Source: Zancudomyces culisetae HAW-14-8 (taxonomy: Eukaryota > Fungi > Kickxellomycota). Taken from it: a stretch of 64,000 bases of DNA. Location: assembly GCA_052426225.1 (NCBI GenBank), contig JBNJNM010000022.1:248001-312000 (forward strand), given 5' to 3'. A program made the position numbers and the translations under genes. Below are positions 1 to 10,400 of this stretch, piece after piece. Numbering within the stretch: the stretch's first letter is position 1; the number at the start of each line of letters is the position of its first letter. A model generated the notes under the pieces. It saw only the letters and a program-made list of their open reading frames with translations, was not told where the DNA came from and made no database searches.

Positions 1-2203
1 CCTTCCTTCCATGGTAATGGATGTTATTACTAGCAAGTAAAAGCCGAAAGTACGAATAGAAAATTGAAATCTCGAGCAGGTTTTTATTCCGGTGCGGAAA
101 ATGTGACTCTAAGTATAGAATGTCTGTTTTTAATGAGTTCCACACCATAAACCCAACCTCAAAAAATTTCATTTTGGAAGCAGTGTCAATAATAGTTGAA
201 ACTGTGTAATAATCTGGAACATAGTGACTCGACACATTAGTGTCAAGCAAATGGGGCCGAAAAAAACTAAACCATAGCTCTTTGATCTCCTCTGGTGTAA
301 CTAAACCTAGGTTTTTCCTGGATTGAAGATAACTATTGATCAAAGATGTACTGACGCGGACTCGATTTTCATGACAAAACTCTAAAAAGTTTTGAACTGT
401 TGACTGGTGTGCTGAATCGTATATAAAGCTCAATATAGAGCTGGTATGTCGCTCCGCTTTAAACCTATAAATGTGGGGTAGTATAACAGACAGAATTTGG
501 TTTCCATATATGTTGACACTGTTTGCAATACACTGCTCAAACACATGTATCACCTGCTCATAGACGTCATTATGTGTACAAAACAGGTTTCCGTTCAATA
601 TCCGGTTTAGGTAGAAAGCTGCATGAACTGGCTGTGTTATTTCTGAAAAAACCACAGAACTATAGGAAAAGTTATTGATCGTTGCGAGTTGTCTACTCTC
701 ATTCCTTTTAATGTTTTCCGGTGGTGTTATTCCCAGATTCAACAACCTGATTGGTTTGGTCTTTGAAAGAATAAAATTCAGTTTAGGCCTTTCTATTGCG
801 CCCAATATTTTGAAGTGATTGATTCCTCTTTTTTTGTACATTTCTAAAATATTGATTAGTACTGGTCCACTAATGCTGGGGTAGTTTTTTATAATGTATT
901 TAAATATGGATATTGAGTTATCTGACTCGTTAAGAACTACCAGTGCATTACTCAGTGCTGCTAATGTATACTTGCATGTTTCACTTTTATCAAGCATAAA
1001 CTCCTTGTATTCGTCCAAACACGTTTTTATCAACACCTTACGCTTTCCTCCTATCGAAGGATTTTCGTTAAACAGACTGTTTTTATCTACAAATTGTTTG
1101 CTGGCCTGGTAAATTCCGTTGTACAATCCTTTTAATTGCAGTGGTGTTGAAATTCCACCAAACCTTTTCTTTGCTTTATAATAATATGACACTGTATTTA
1201 CAATATCGCCCATCTTCCCATAATACGCCATTACCCAATAATAGTCCTTTTCCTTTAACTCGCTCATATTATCCAGTATCTCTTTTATATTTATTTTTTC
1301 TGTCTGCATAGTGAAGTTTCTTTGGGTAAAATGCTGAAACATGGCACCCCCAATCAGATTATGATTTTTGCTGGATCTATCAATTGATTCAATCGCAGCT
1401 TTATATATGATCCCTACTAGTTTATGGTTGTGTATAGAACTTGCTGCCAATAGCAGCGTATAAAAGTGAAATTCGTCGAAATATACATCGTATTTAGCTT
1501 GCAAATTTATAATACATTCCATTATTTTTTTCAAATATGCTTCATCGTCACACTCGTTTGTATATTGCTTTAAAAGTTCTGACACCCATACCGTGTTGTT
1601 CTTTCCCATAACAACACGTGCCTCAAGATGTTTAATAAAATAGTTCAACCTTAGTATTACAATAGTACCCATGTAGATTCTTTCGGCCGCCTCCTCTTCG
1701 CTTAACCTTACACTTTCACCTTTTGTTTCTAAGCAATATATCTCTTTAATCTCACCAAAGATCCGTTTAAATTTCATACCAAAAAAGAGTTCCAATCCAC
1801 TAATCAAATTTTTCTTCATCGCTTTGTTAATAGCCCTTTCTGTCAGCGTCATCTTTTTCAGCTTTACAGCAAACAAATGATTCACTAGTTCAAAAATTGC
1901 CACTCTATTTTTATCCAATATAGAATTGTACAATCGCCCCACTTGTGAATGAACGATCTCATTCTTCTCATTTACATTTATTTTATTTTTGATTGTTCTA
2001 TCTGAGTTTACATTGATAATACTTTCATTCCTTGCCTCAAAAAATTTGATTTCATCCAATTCAACTTTTCTGTTTTTCTCTTCACTGATTCCGATTCTCG
2101 CGCTACTAGAGAGCGCAACATTTGAATAGAATACTATTCTTTGAAGAATGTTTTCCTTAATAGCATTATAGTTTCTTTGATTCCTTAAAAGATTTTTGAA
2201 CAT
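1..2203 (-). CDS. Hypothetical protein, 3' end outside the window; probable mitochondrial, helical-repeat-like protein
   Basis: ATG at 2203 (MFKNLLRNQRNYNAIKENILQRIVFYSNVALSSSAR..., basic, presequence-like). The frame was read open for the first ~145 codons and again at the window edge (...FYSYFRLLLASNNIHYHGRK). Its absence from the ORF track fits having no stop inside the window. Confidence 0.75.
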   Translation of the reverse strand, partial: MFKNLLRNQRNYNAIKENILQRIVFYSNVALSSSARIGISEEKNRKVELDEIKFFEARNESIINVNSDRTIKNKINVNEKNEIVHSQVGRLYNSILDKNRVAIFELVNHLFAVKLKKMTLTERAINKAMKKNLISGLELFFGMKFKRIFGEIKEIYCLETKGESVRLSEEEAAERIYMGTIVILRLNYFIKHLEARVVMGKNNTVWVSELLKQYTNECDDEAYLKKIMECIINLQAKYDVYFDEFHFYTLLLAASSIHNHKLVGIIYKAAIESIDRSSKNHNLIGGAMFQHFTQRNFTMQTEKINIKEILDNMSELKEKDYYWVMAYYGKMGDIVNTVSYYYKAKKRFGGISTPLQLKGLYNGIYQASKQFVDKNSLFNENPSIGGKRKVLIKTCLDEYKEFMLDKSETCKYTLAALSNALVVLNESDNSISIFKYIIKNYPSISGPVLINILEMYKKRGINHFKILGAIERPKLNFILSKTKPIRLLNLGITPPENIKRNESRQLATINNFSYSSVVFSEITQPVHAAFYLNRILNGNLFCTHNDVYEQVIHVFEQCIANSVNIYGNQILSVILPHIYRFKAERHTSSILSFIYDSAHQSTVQNFLEFCHENRVRVSTSLINSYLQSRKNLGLVTPEEIKELWFSFFRPHLLDTNVSSHYVPDYYTVSTIIDTASKMKFFEVGFMVWNSLKTDILYLESHFPHRNKNLLEISIFYSYFRLLLASNNIHYHGRK

Positions 2204-3316
2204 TTTATATGTATACCACCTCCTCACCCCTCTTCTTTTCTTGGTTTACCTTTGTTATCTTTTAGCCGTTTATGTATTTAATTTTCTTTCACTCGGATTA
2301 CAAAACACAATTTAAATAAACCAATATCGATTATTTTGCAGGTTTAGCAATTTTTTTTTGCTACCAGTCCTAAGAAAATGGTGCCAATGTCCAAAACTAT
2401 CTTTTATAGATCCCGCTTAAAATTGAATACAACCATTAGTGTTTTCCGTTATTCTCATTTTCCAACAACCTTTTTCTTTCCTTTGAATTCAAATAGTATG
2501 TGGAAAAGAATGGGTATATCAAATTACCGTGGCCCTTCGACATGCATCAGCCCTTTGATTGTCTTATTCGTTATATTTCTATTTCCTAGTAATTGTAAAT
2601 GCCTTAAAAAAATTTTTTATTATTGATTTCACCAGCACAAACTAAAATTGATTTGATAAATACCCCCTAGCTTTCACTTAGAATTGTCTTTTTTTATTGA
2701 CAGAATGTTAATTATCAAAAAAAATTTTTGTTGCTTTTTTCTAAATGATATCACAGCTAACTGGAGCTCATTATAGCAAAGAAAATCAAATCCAGATAAA
2801 TTTAGGGTTTTTGGTGAATTTTTTAGCATTTTATTTTGTTGTTACAAAATGAGGTTTAAAGGCAGTAAATTGGGGGATATGTATAGCACAAAATCCTCGA
2901 AAATACACCCACGCCTGATTCTTATAACTACATTTTCCTGCGAACATACTAAAATACCAATAATTTTGAAAACACTACCCTATCCCTATTCATTTTTTGG
3001 AATGGGCACCAAAAGCTCTAAAAAAATTAGTGAAAGAGCATAATAGTAGAATTCGTTTTCTCTTATGCAGTTACCCTTAGCTTTTAGCCTGCACTCGAGA
3101 TACCTAACTCTTTTCTTTTTTATAGAGTATATTTTTTTGATTAATGTATTCAGTTTGTAATGTTCTTAGTCCTAGTTATTACTTTTTATTTGCTCGAGTT
3201 AATTTAAGAATTAGCATTCAACACCTAAAAATATCAAGTTCATACACCTGCATAAGTATACAACATTATCAAGAAATGCAATGGTTTTAGAAAAAGTTTT
3301 TTTTTTGCAAGCTAGC

Positions 3317-3952
3317 TTAGTTGGAGGTATCAATTTTCCAATATGAAACATTATAGTTGAACAAAGCTGCACAGTTTAACACTAGTGCAACAATTAACAG
3401 CAGCCCACTAGCGAGATGGAATTGGATATGAGATCGCTGTATCATTCTGAATTCTATATCTCTATGCCTTTTGAATTTATCTATCCACACATATTGTATA
3501 TGCAAGAAAATTCCACAAAATATAACCATCAGTATACAGGTTGAGACATTTAGAAGAGATACAAACAGATCCATAGGAAACCTACCGCTTGCTCTAGTAA
3601 CAGTTGTTACTACAAACGACATTACCGCCGCAAACACTGCACCCAGAGAAAACAAAATTCCAGTTCCTATCGAAATATAAAAAGTTGCAATTCGGCCGGT
3701 TGATAGTTTGTAGTGACTGGTTGTGGTACTGTTGTTTCTTGTCTGGAAGTGTTTAAATTCTCTACTTTCACCGCTCTCCAAACAAGCATTGTATTTTTCT
3801 TCATCATCCTCGTGGGTTGTACTAGTATTAGGATCGGTAGTGGCGTGTGTATCTATGGCATTGTTGTCTATCACTGCTTTGTTTGTATTTATGTCTACAT
3901 GTTGCTGCGTTTCGCTATTGTTCGATGTATGCTGAACTTCGGTTTCCGTCAT
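3317..3952 (-). CDS. Hypothetical membrane protein (about 3 TM helices)
   Basis: 211-aa ORF with a polar T/N/H-rich N-terminus followed by three hydrophobic segments. Confidence 0.7.
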   Translation of the reverse strand: MTETEVQHTSNNSETQQHVDINTNKAVIDNNAIDTHATTDPNTSTTHEDDEEKYNACLESGESREFKHFQTRNNSTTTSHYKLSTGRIATFYISIGTGILFSLGAVFAAVMSFVVTTVTRASGRFPMDLFVSLLNVSTCILMVIFCGIFLHIQYVWIDKFKRHRDIEFRMIQRSHIQFHLASGLLLIVALVLNCAALFNYNVSYWKIDTSN

Positions 3953-6010
3953 TTGTGTTCTGGTATTTTTATATCTATCTATCTATCTATCTTTGTAATG
4001 TAGTAACTGTGACCCGAATATTGAAAGCCGTGTATCCAGATATCTTTATAAACAGTCTTTTTTATTAAGGCTAAAATACTTTGTGCTTCAATCAATTGTT
4101 GATGTATAATTAAGTCAATTGTATGATATACTCTTTAAAACTTTAATACGAAAGCGAGTGAGATTCTTAACGACCAAGTACCATTTTTAAATATATATTC
4201 ACTTGGATCTATTGTGCAAACAAAACTGTGAACTTTTTTCTTTTTGTATTAGATAGAATCCAAAGAAAAAAATATCAAAACATGCATTATTTGTAACGAA
4301 AAAGTTGAGGTATGTGAAAATTCGCGTAGTTCTCATAAGAACCGTTCCATGTACGCATGAATATGTTATTTACATATCCAACCTTTCTCTTCCTCTTCCC
4401 ACACGACCCCCCCCCCCCTCCCCCGAGTAGACAGAAGGAGCAATACAAGAAGCAAGGTGCAAGTGCTATAAAACTAGTTACACGAAACAACTTGGGGATA
4501 CCAAACAAGTTTAATATTAAATTTTGCCTTTCATGCTATCCGTTTTAACCTGAACAGACATAAATTAGTCGAGAGAAAATAGGGACAGCTACAAACATTG
4601 CAGTACTTTTTAATTTTTATTACTTTGAGATTATGCAGGAATGGAATAGAAAATAAATTTGAAAATGGATGTATGTCTCTGAAGAATGAACGTCAAGGAA
4701 AGAACAAAGTACAAGGCAAAGTCCAAAACATCAAGTATTTGTAGTTTTACCTCTTACGCCATTTTTTTTCTATCCTTTACCCACCACTTCAATAACGATT
4801 TTCGACGTTTTTGTCGATTTCTAACCAAATTATTCAATTTATTTGGACAGGTTTACTTTAACTGAAAGAAAAATTAGCATTGAAAATTCAACTATCACAA
4901 ACAAGACCAGTTTCTATCTCTCTTTTTTCCCCGATATTATTTATCTCGGCTTTACTTTCTATCGGTTTTATATAATATACTAAACACTTTTAAAACTTTA
5001 ATGAGTTGTTATATGATTTATAAGTAAATGTTTATTCTAGAAGCTATGAACAAAATTTTGATAAATATAGATATTATGTTTGAAAGCATTATAAACAGTG
5101 TCGATAGCTGGTCGTTGACTCTAAGGCAAAGAGTATCATTTAAGGCTGATTTATACTCAAGAAGTTTAAGGTGCCTATCTGAAAAAAAAAGTAGTTGTAC
5201 TTGGATTTAGTATACATTTTTAAATATATCTAAGCTGTGAAAATACTTGAAATTAGATTATTCATGCTCATAGATTCACTATCCAGTTTCAAATCGAATA
5301 ATGGCTGATAATTCTATAAATAATACAGTCGCAACTTTAAGCAACTCGTCAGAAAGATTAAAAGCATATCAAAAAGAGCAGCCGAGTAAAAATACTCAAC
5401 ACATTAGAAATTTATTTACCAGGAAACCATAGTAGTGGATAATGATGCTGTAAGAGTAAGTAAGGAAACGTAAAAAAGGTGATTACAATAAAAATACAAC
5501 ATCAACGTAAAAAAAAAGCGAAGTGTTAATAAATTTTTTTTGGCAAGGATCGAGATATAGTTAAAGAGTAGGTAATAGCTACTGAAGTATGATAGTTATG
5601 TACAACTCATGACAGGATATGTGCCAATATGAGCACTACTATCGATGATAACAAAAAGTTTATAATGATAAAGTAGGAAAATATGAGTGATTGGTTAGAT
5701 ATAAGAAAAAACAGATATCAACAAAAGGGGTATTAGCCTTTTTAGAATACACTTCATATTGTAAAAGGTACCAGTACTTAACTGCTAGTGATAGTATGTT
5801 GCAAATATTATAACCAGCCAGAGTTTATCAATATCATAAAAATTGTAATTGACAGCGATATACCGCAATCAGTAGCGTAATTGGGTAAAAAACATACAAG
5901 ACTGTGATAAATCTAATATATATTACTCTCAGTTTGACTGAAAAATATATCTGGTTGAATATGTCAACCAAATTATAATACAGAGTAGGTTCTGCAGTTT
6001 AAAAAAATTT

Positions 6011-6019
6011 AAAAAAGAA
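6011..6019 (-). terminator. Pol III oligo-T terminator of tRNA-Pro
   Basis: TTCTTTTTT on the minus strand directly after the tRNA 3' end. Confidence 0.8.
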
Positions 6020-6091
6020 GGGCTTGACCGGGGATTGAACCCGGGGCCTCTCGCACCCAAAGCGAGAATCATACCACTAGACCATCAAGCC
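6020..6091 (-). tRNA. tRNA-Pro(UGG), intronless
   Basis: GGCTTGATGGTCTAGTGGTATGATTCTCGCTTTGGGTGCGAGAGGCCCCGGGTTCAATCCCCGGTCAAGCCC: 72 nt, acceptor stem GGCTTGA/TCAAGCC, anticodon arm CTCGC-TT-TGG-GT-GCGAG, A and B boxes intact. Confidence 0.97.
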
Positions 6092-6104
6092 GACTTTTTT
6101 GTTG

Positions 6105-6726
6105 TGTCGCAATATGGGATCTGGGGGTTACACAATTGCTCTGTAACCTTATCCCCATTTGCGCAGAATGGGGTGACACACACCCCTTTGGAGGTGTAGG
6201 GGAAAGTCTGATCCCCGACGGACTCCCTAGGCTGCTACGGATCTGTATCTGACGCACACTAGTGGTCAGATCTTTCAAGGTCTGGGGGCTTAATACCCCA
6301 GCATCCTGATCCATGCTGCTGCCAGTACTTCTTCCGGAAGATGATGAAGTGGTACTTATTGCCATCTCCTCATCTTCATACCCATTTGAGTAGTACATTT
6401 TCGTAGTTTTGATATAATTTTTTATTATGAACTAGATTTTTATTTATATGTCCGTATATTAAGACATGGATGACGCTTTCCAATTCATCCTATGTCTTTT
6501 ATTTATATAAACTAACTCTTTAAAAATAATCACTAAACTATCATCCATAAAAAACAATATTACTATATTAATGTTTGCGTTGAAACGTTGGTGTATGAAT
6601 GTGTTGTTAAAAATCATTCATACATATCTCAACGTTTCTTGGATGAACAATGTAATTGTTCAGCAACGTGTAATCTGATCCAATACACGTTGCTATGCCG
6701 TCATACCCGGATCTAGTATCTCGACA
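6105..6726 (-). mobile_element. Solo LTR or short LTR-like element (622 bp) nested in the terminus of the Ty3/Gypsy 3' LTR
   Basis: TGTCG...CGACA termini with a 4-bp direct repeat GTTG at 6101-6104 and 6727-6730. Removing it restores the TGTTGTAATTTT LTR end seen at 12838. Orientation is inferred from the minus-strand TATA-like motif and the ORF starting at 6398. Confidence 0.88.
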
Positions 6727-7413
6727 GTTGTAATTTTAGTTTGCACAAAATTTCTCAGAAAATTTCCGCAACTAAACCTACAAAAAGTTCTGCTAATAGA
6801 GGGGGATTGTTACTGGAATAAGTTTTACTTTATTTAACCAGTCAACCCTACCTTTTTAGCTTATATTTAATTTAGTTTTATGTATTTATTACTTCAATAA
6901 ATGCAATAAAACTGGGTAAAATTACGCCCAACTCCTAAAATTTGGTGTGCAAAACAATTAATTTTGGTCCAAAAATTAGACTCTGATACCTTTCTGATAC
7001 CCTTTGAAAATTGTGTTACGCTTCACTACCTATGTTTTTTTTTGGTTTTAGGTAGGTTTTTGCTCAAATCACAAATTTCAATTTTATAGAGTAAAATCAA
7101 GTATTTTAGAGCTAATTTGTATTTTATTTAATGAATAACTTTTAAAAATAAAAAGATAAAACCACCAAACTTGTGGTGGGGTTACTAGTAATATACTAGT
7201 ACCTGACTAGCTATTTTATTAGAACTTTATATAATAGAAACTTAAAATAAAACAATTAAAACTGAATATTTCTCCAACATTTGGGTAATATATTACCCAA
7301 GAAATCCCAGATTTCTTGCTCGAACACCCGAGATAACGGTGGTTATTCGGTGTTTGAGAAGCTGTATGCTGTTTATCCAATAGTTTAGCTTGGATAGAAC
7401 TAAGCATACAACA
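6727..7413 (-). repeat. 3' LTR of the Ty3/Gypsy element
   Basis: Direct repeat of 12839-13525. One difference seen by eye (A6905 vs G13017). Contains the 20-bp palindrome TTGGGTAATATATTACCCAA (7281-7300). Confidence 0.97.
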
Positions 7414-7425
7414 CCTCCCCCCCAC
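7414..7425 (-). other. Polypurine tract
   Basis: GTGGGGGGGAGG on the minus strand abutting the 3' LTR. Confidence 0.9.
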
Positions 7426-7462
7426 AGCTTACACTCAGGGTTTCAACCTTTGTGTGCAAGCT

Positions 7463-10400
7463 TTAATTCTTGAAGCGTCTCAAAGTGCTCCGAATATTTC
7501 CTGGCGTGATCTCGGGGATCATGTGTTCTGCCTGGCGATATGGTTTAAGGCGGTCTCCATTAACCAAGTCACGGTGTCCTGCTGGATCTTGGATAACGTA
7601 TGTGCCTAACCTAAGTACTCTGGTGACGGTATATGGTCCTTCCCAGTAGGGTTCCAATTTTCCTGAAGGCTGCTCAACTTTTCTGAGCACCTTGTCACCT
7701 TCCTTGAAACGGTAGACAGTTACTTGTTTGTCATACCTTTGCTTCATGACCTGGTTTGCCTCAGCCATTTTCTCAACTGCTAGGCGCCTTATCTCGGGGA
7801 TACCAACTTGGATGGCGTTTACCCTTTGAATAATCTCTTCCTCGAGATCTTCCACTTCTGCAGGAGGTCTCCAAGTTGCTGGGGTTTGCAACTTTACTCC
7901 ATACAGTAACTCTGCGGGGCTTTTATCTGTAGATCTGTTCTTCATAGTCCTGATGACTAACAAGACCTTCCAGATATAAGTATCCCACTCTTCCTTGTTT
8001 CTCTCAGAAACTTTGGCTAACACATTACGGAAAGTTCTATGGAAGCGTTCCACTTGACCATTAGCTTGGGGACGAAATACGGTAGTTGGGGTGTGGTGAA
8101 TCCCCACCTCTTCGTAAAACTTAGAGGACAATTCTGATGTGAATGATGCTCCTCTGTCAGACATAAGTTGTGCGGGTATACCGAACTCTTGCACCACTTT
8201 GGTGAACAAGAAGTTAATCACAACTTCCGAAGTAGCATGTGGCACCGCCACAGCAATTGGCCACTTCGTCAAGTAGTCTATCGCAGTTATGACATACTTG
8301 TTGCCTGACTTTGCTATAGGATTTATAGGTCCTACAAAGTCAATCCCCATTATTTCAAACGGTCGCATGGCTAGGAAAGGATGGAGCGGCTCTCTAAAGA
8401 ATTTACCTTTATCTTGTTTTTGGCAACGCTCACATTCTCCTACAACTTCCTCAACTACCTCTCGCAACCCTTTACCGAAGTACTTGTTTCGGGCGCGATT
8501 CAGGGTGTCAAGATCTGGAGTCAGGAGAGTTATATTTATTATTATTAAAGTTTATTGTATGAATGTATACAAGATACTAGATACTGAATCCAAGACAGGA
8601 AAATTGTACCCTTTTTATACTTTTTTCCAGCCTTGGTTTTTGAACAAAATCACTATGAAAACTGCGGAATAGCTAAAAATGCAAGTTAAAGAAAAACGTG
8701 TTTGATTACTAATCCAATTGGATTAGTAAGCAAACAAAAATCAAATATGAATGCTAATATAATTAAACATGTGAAAATTATTACGTAAGAAAAATTAATA
8801 AATAATGTGAATTTTCGGTAATGTTCTAGAATGTTGGGGAACATTCTAAACATTACTGCGGAATAAAATCAGATGATTCTAGAACGTTTTCGAACATTCT
8901 AGAATCAGTTCATGACACAGGGTATAGAGTATTCCTTCATGACCTTCTTCGTGAATCTCCCGGATTTTCTCCTTTTGATTCTCATGGTGAAGTACTTCCC
9001 TTATCCCAAACTGCTTTGTTACTTTGCATAACTTATTATCCAGCAGCTTGAACAACTTAGCCTTTTCCCGAAGGCTTTTCCTGAAGTCGTCATTAGCTCT
9101 GTTTGGGTAAGTTCTATCCCTTAGGTAGTTGGAAATAGCTACGTGATGTAACACATCCATCGCCGCTATTTCTACTTCCTCGGCCTCTGCTCCTGGGGCT
9201 ACTTCTTCCGTGATTCCTGGATTTCTTGACAGGAAATCAGTAGGGTTTACAGCACCCCTAACATGTTGGAATTCGTAGTCAAACTCCCGCAGGAACATTG
9301 CCCATCGTGCTACTCTGCCATTTAAGTCCTGGGTGTCAAAGACCTTTAGTAATGCCAAATGGTCAGTCTTCACCACAAACTTTTTCCCCCAAAGGTAGTG
9401 TTTAAATTTCTTTATTCCCCACACTACCGCAAGGCCTTCCAAATGAGTAATAGCATAGTTGGCTTCATGAATGTTTAGGGTGCGACTGGCGTAAGCTATT
9501 GGGTGTTCTTCGCCGTTTATTTCTTGTGTTAAGATAGCTCCCAGTCCGACCCCAGAGGCATCCGTGGTCAGGATAAATTCCCTGTCCCAATTGGGATGTG
9601 CCAGTGTAGGAGCTTGAGTGAGCAGTCTCTTTAGCTCCCGCACCGCCTCTTTACATTCTTCAGACCACTCCCAAGAGACATCTTTCTTTAGGAGGTTTGT
9701 CAACGGTCTGGCCACTAACGCATAGTTAGGTATAAACTTCCTATAGTACCCAGTGAATCCTAAGAAGGATTGTATTTCTTTAACATTTCTTGGGTCTATT
9801 AGAGTGTTTATACTCACTATTTTATCCTCATTTGTACTTATACCATTCTTACCAATGGTATGCCCCAAGTAACGAATCTCGGTCTTGCCGAATTCGCACT
9901 TATCTTTGTGCAATTGCACTTTACCCTTCCTGAGACATTCAAAAACTTCTTCTAAATGTCCCTTGTGTTCCTCCCAGGTCTTGGAGTACACAATTATGTC
10001 GTCGATAAACACAATTGCACAACGCCATAAAACATTTGCCAACACTTTCTCCATCAGTTTCTGGAATGTAGCGGGACTGTTGCAAAGTCCAAAAGGCATA
10101 ACGTTGTAACAGTACATTCCATCTCCTGGTAGAGCGAATGCTGTTTTGTGTTTATCTGCGGGATTCATTTTGACCTGCCAAAACCCGCTCATAGCGTCCA
10201 TTACGCTAAAAACCCCTGCATTCCCAAATGCCGCAAAGATATCATCAATTATTGGCAATGGGTACAGATCCTTGCGGGTAACTAAGTTAAGTTTACGGTA
10301 ATCTGAGCAAATTCTCAACTTCCCGTTCTTCTTAGTTACCACCACTACTGGGGCGCACCAATCGGACTGGCAGGGCTCAATTATGCCTTTCTCTGCCATT

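Noticed and set aside
5700-5830. Faint RNase H C-terminal-like fragments (VLAFLEY, HIVKGTS)
   Set aside because: Too degenerate to call a retroelement relic without a search.
6198-6215. GGGGAAAGTCTGA resembling RNase P/MRP CR-I
   Set aside because: No CR-V/P4 partner of the right pattern, and it lies inside a TSD-bounded mobile element.
6721-6726. Apparent missing TSD and non-TG terminus (AGTTG) of the 3' LTR
   Set aside because: Explained by the nested 622-bp insertion. The true end is TGTTG at 6100 with a TTTTT TSD.
7219-7425. Short ORFs in both LTRs (also 13331-13519)
   Set aside because: Non-ATG starts, inside LTR sequence, no coding signal.
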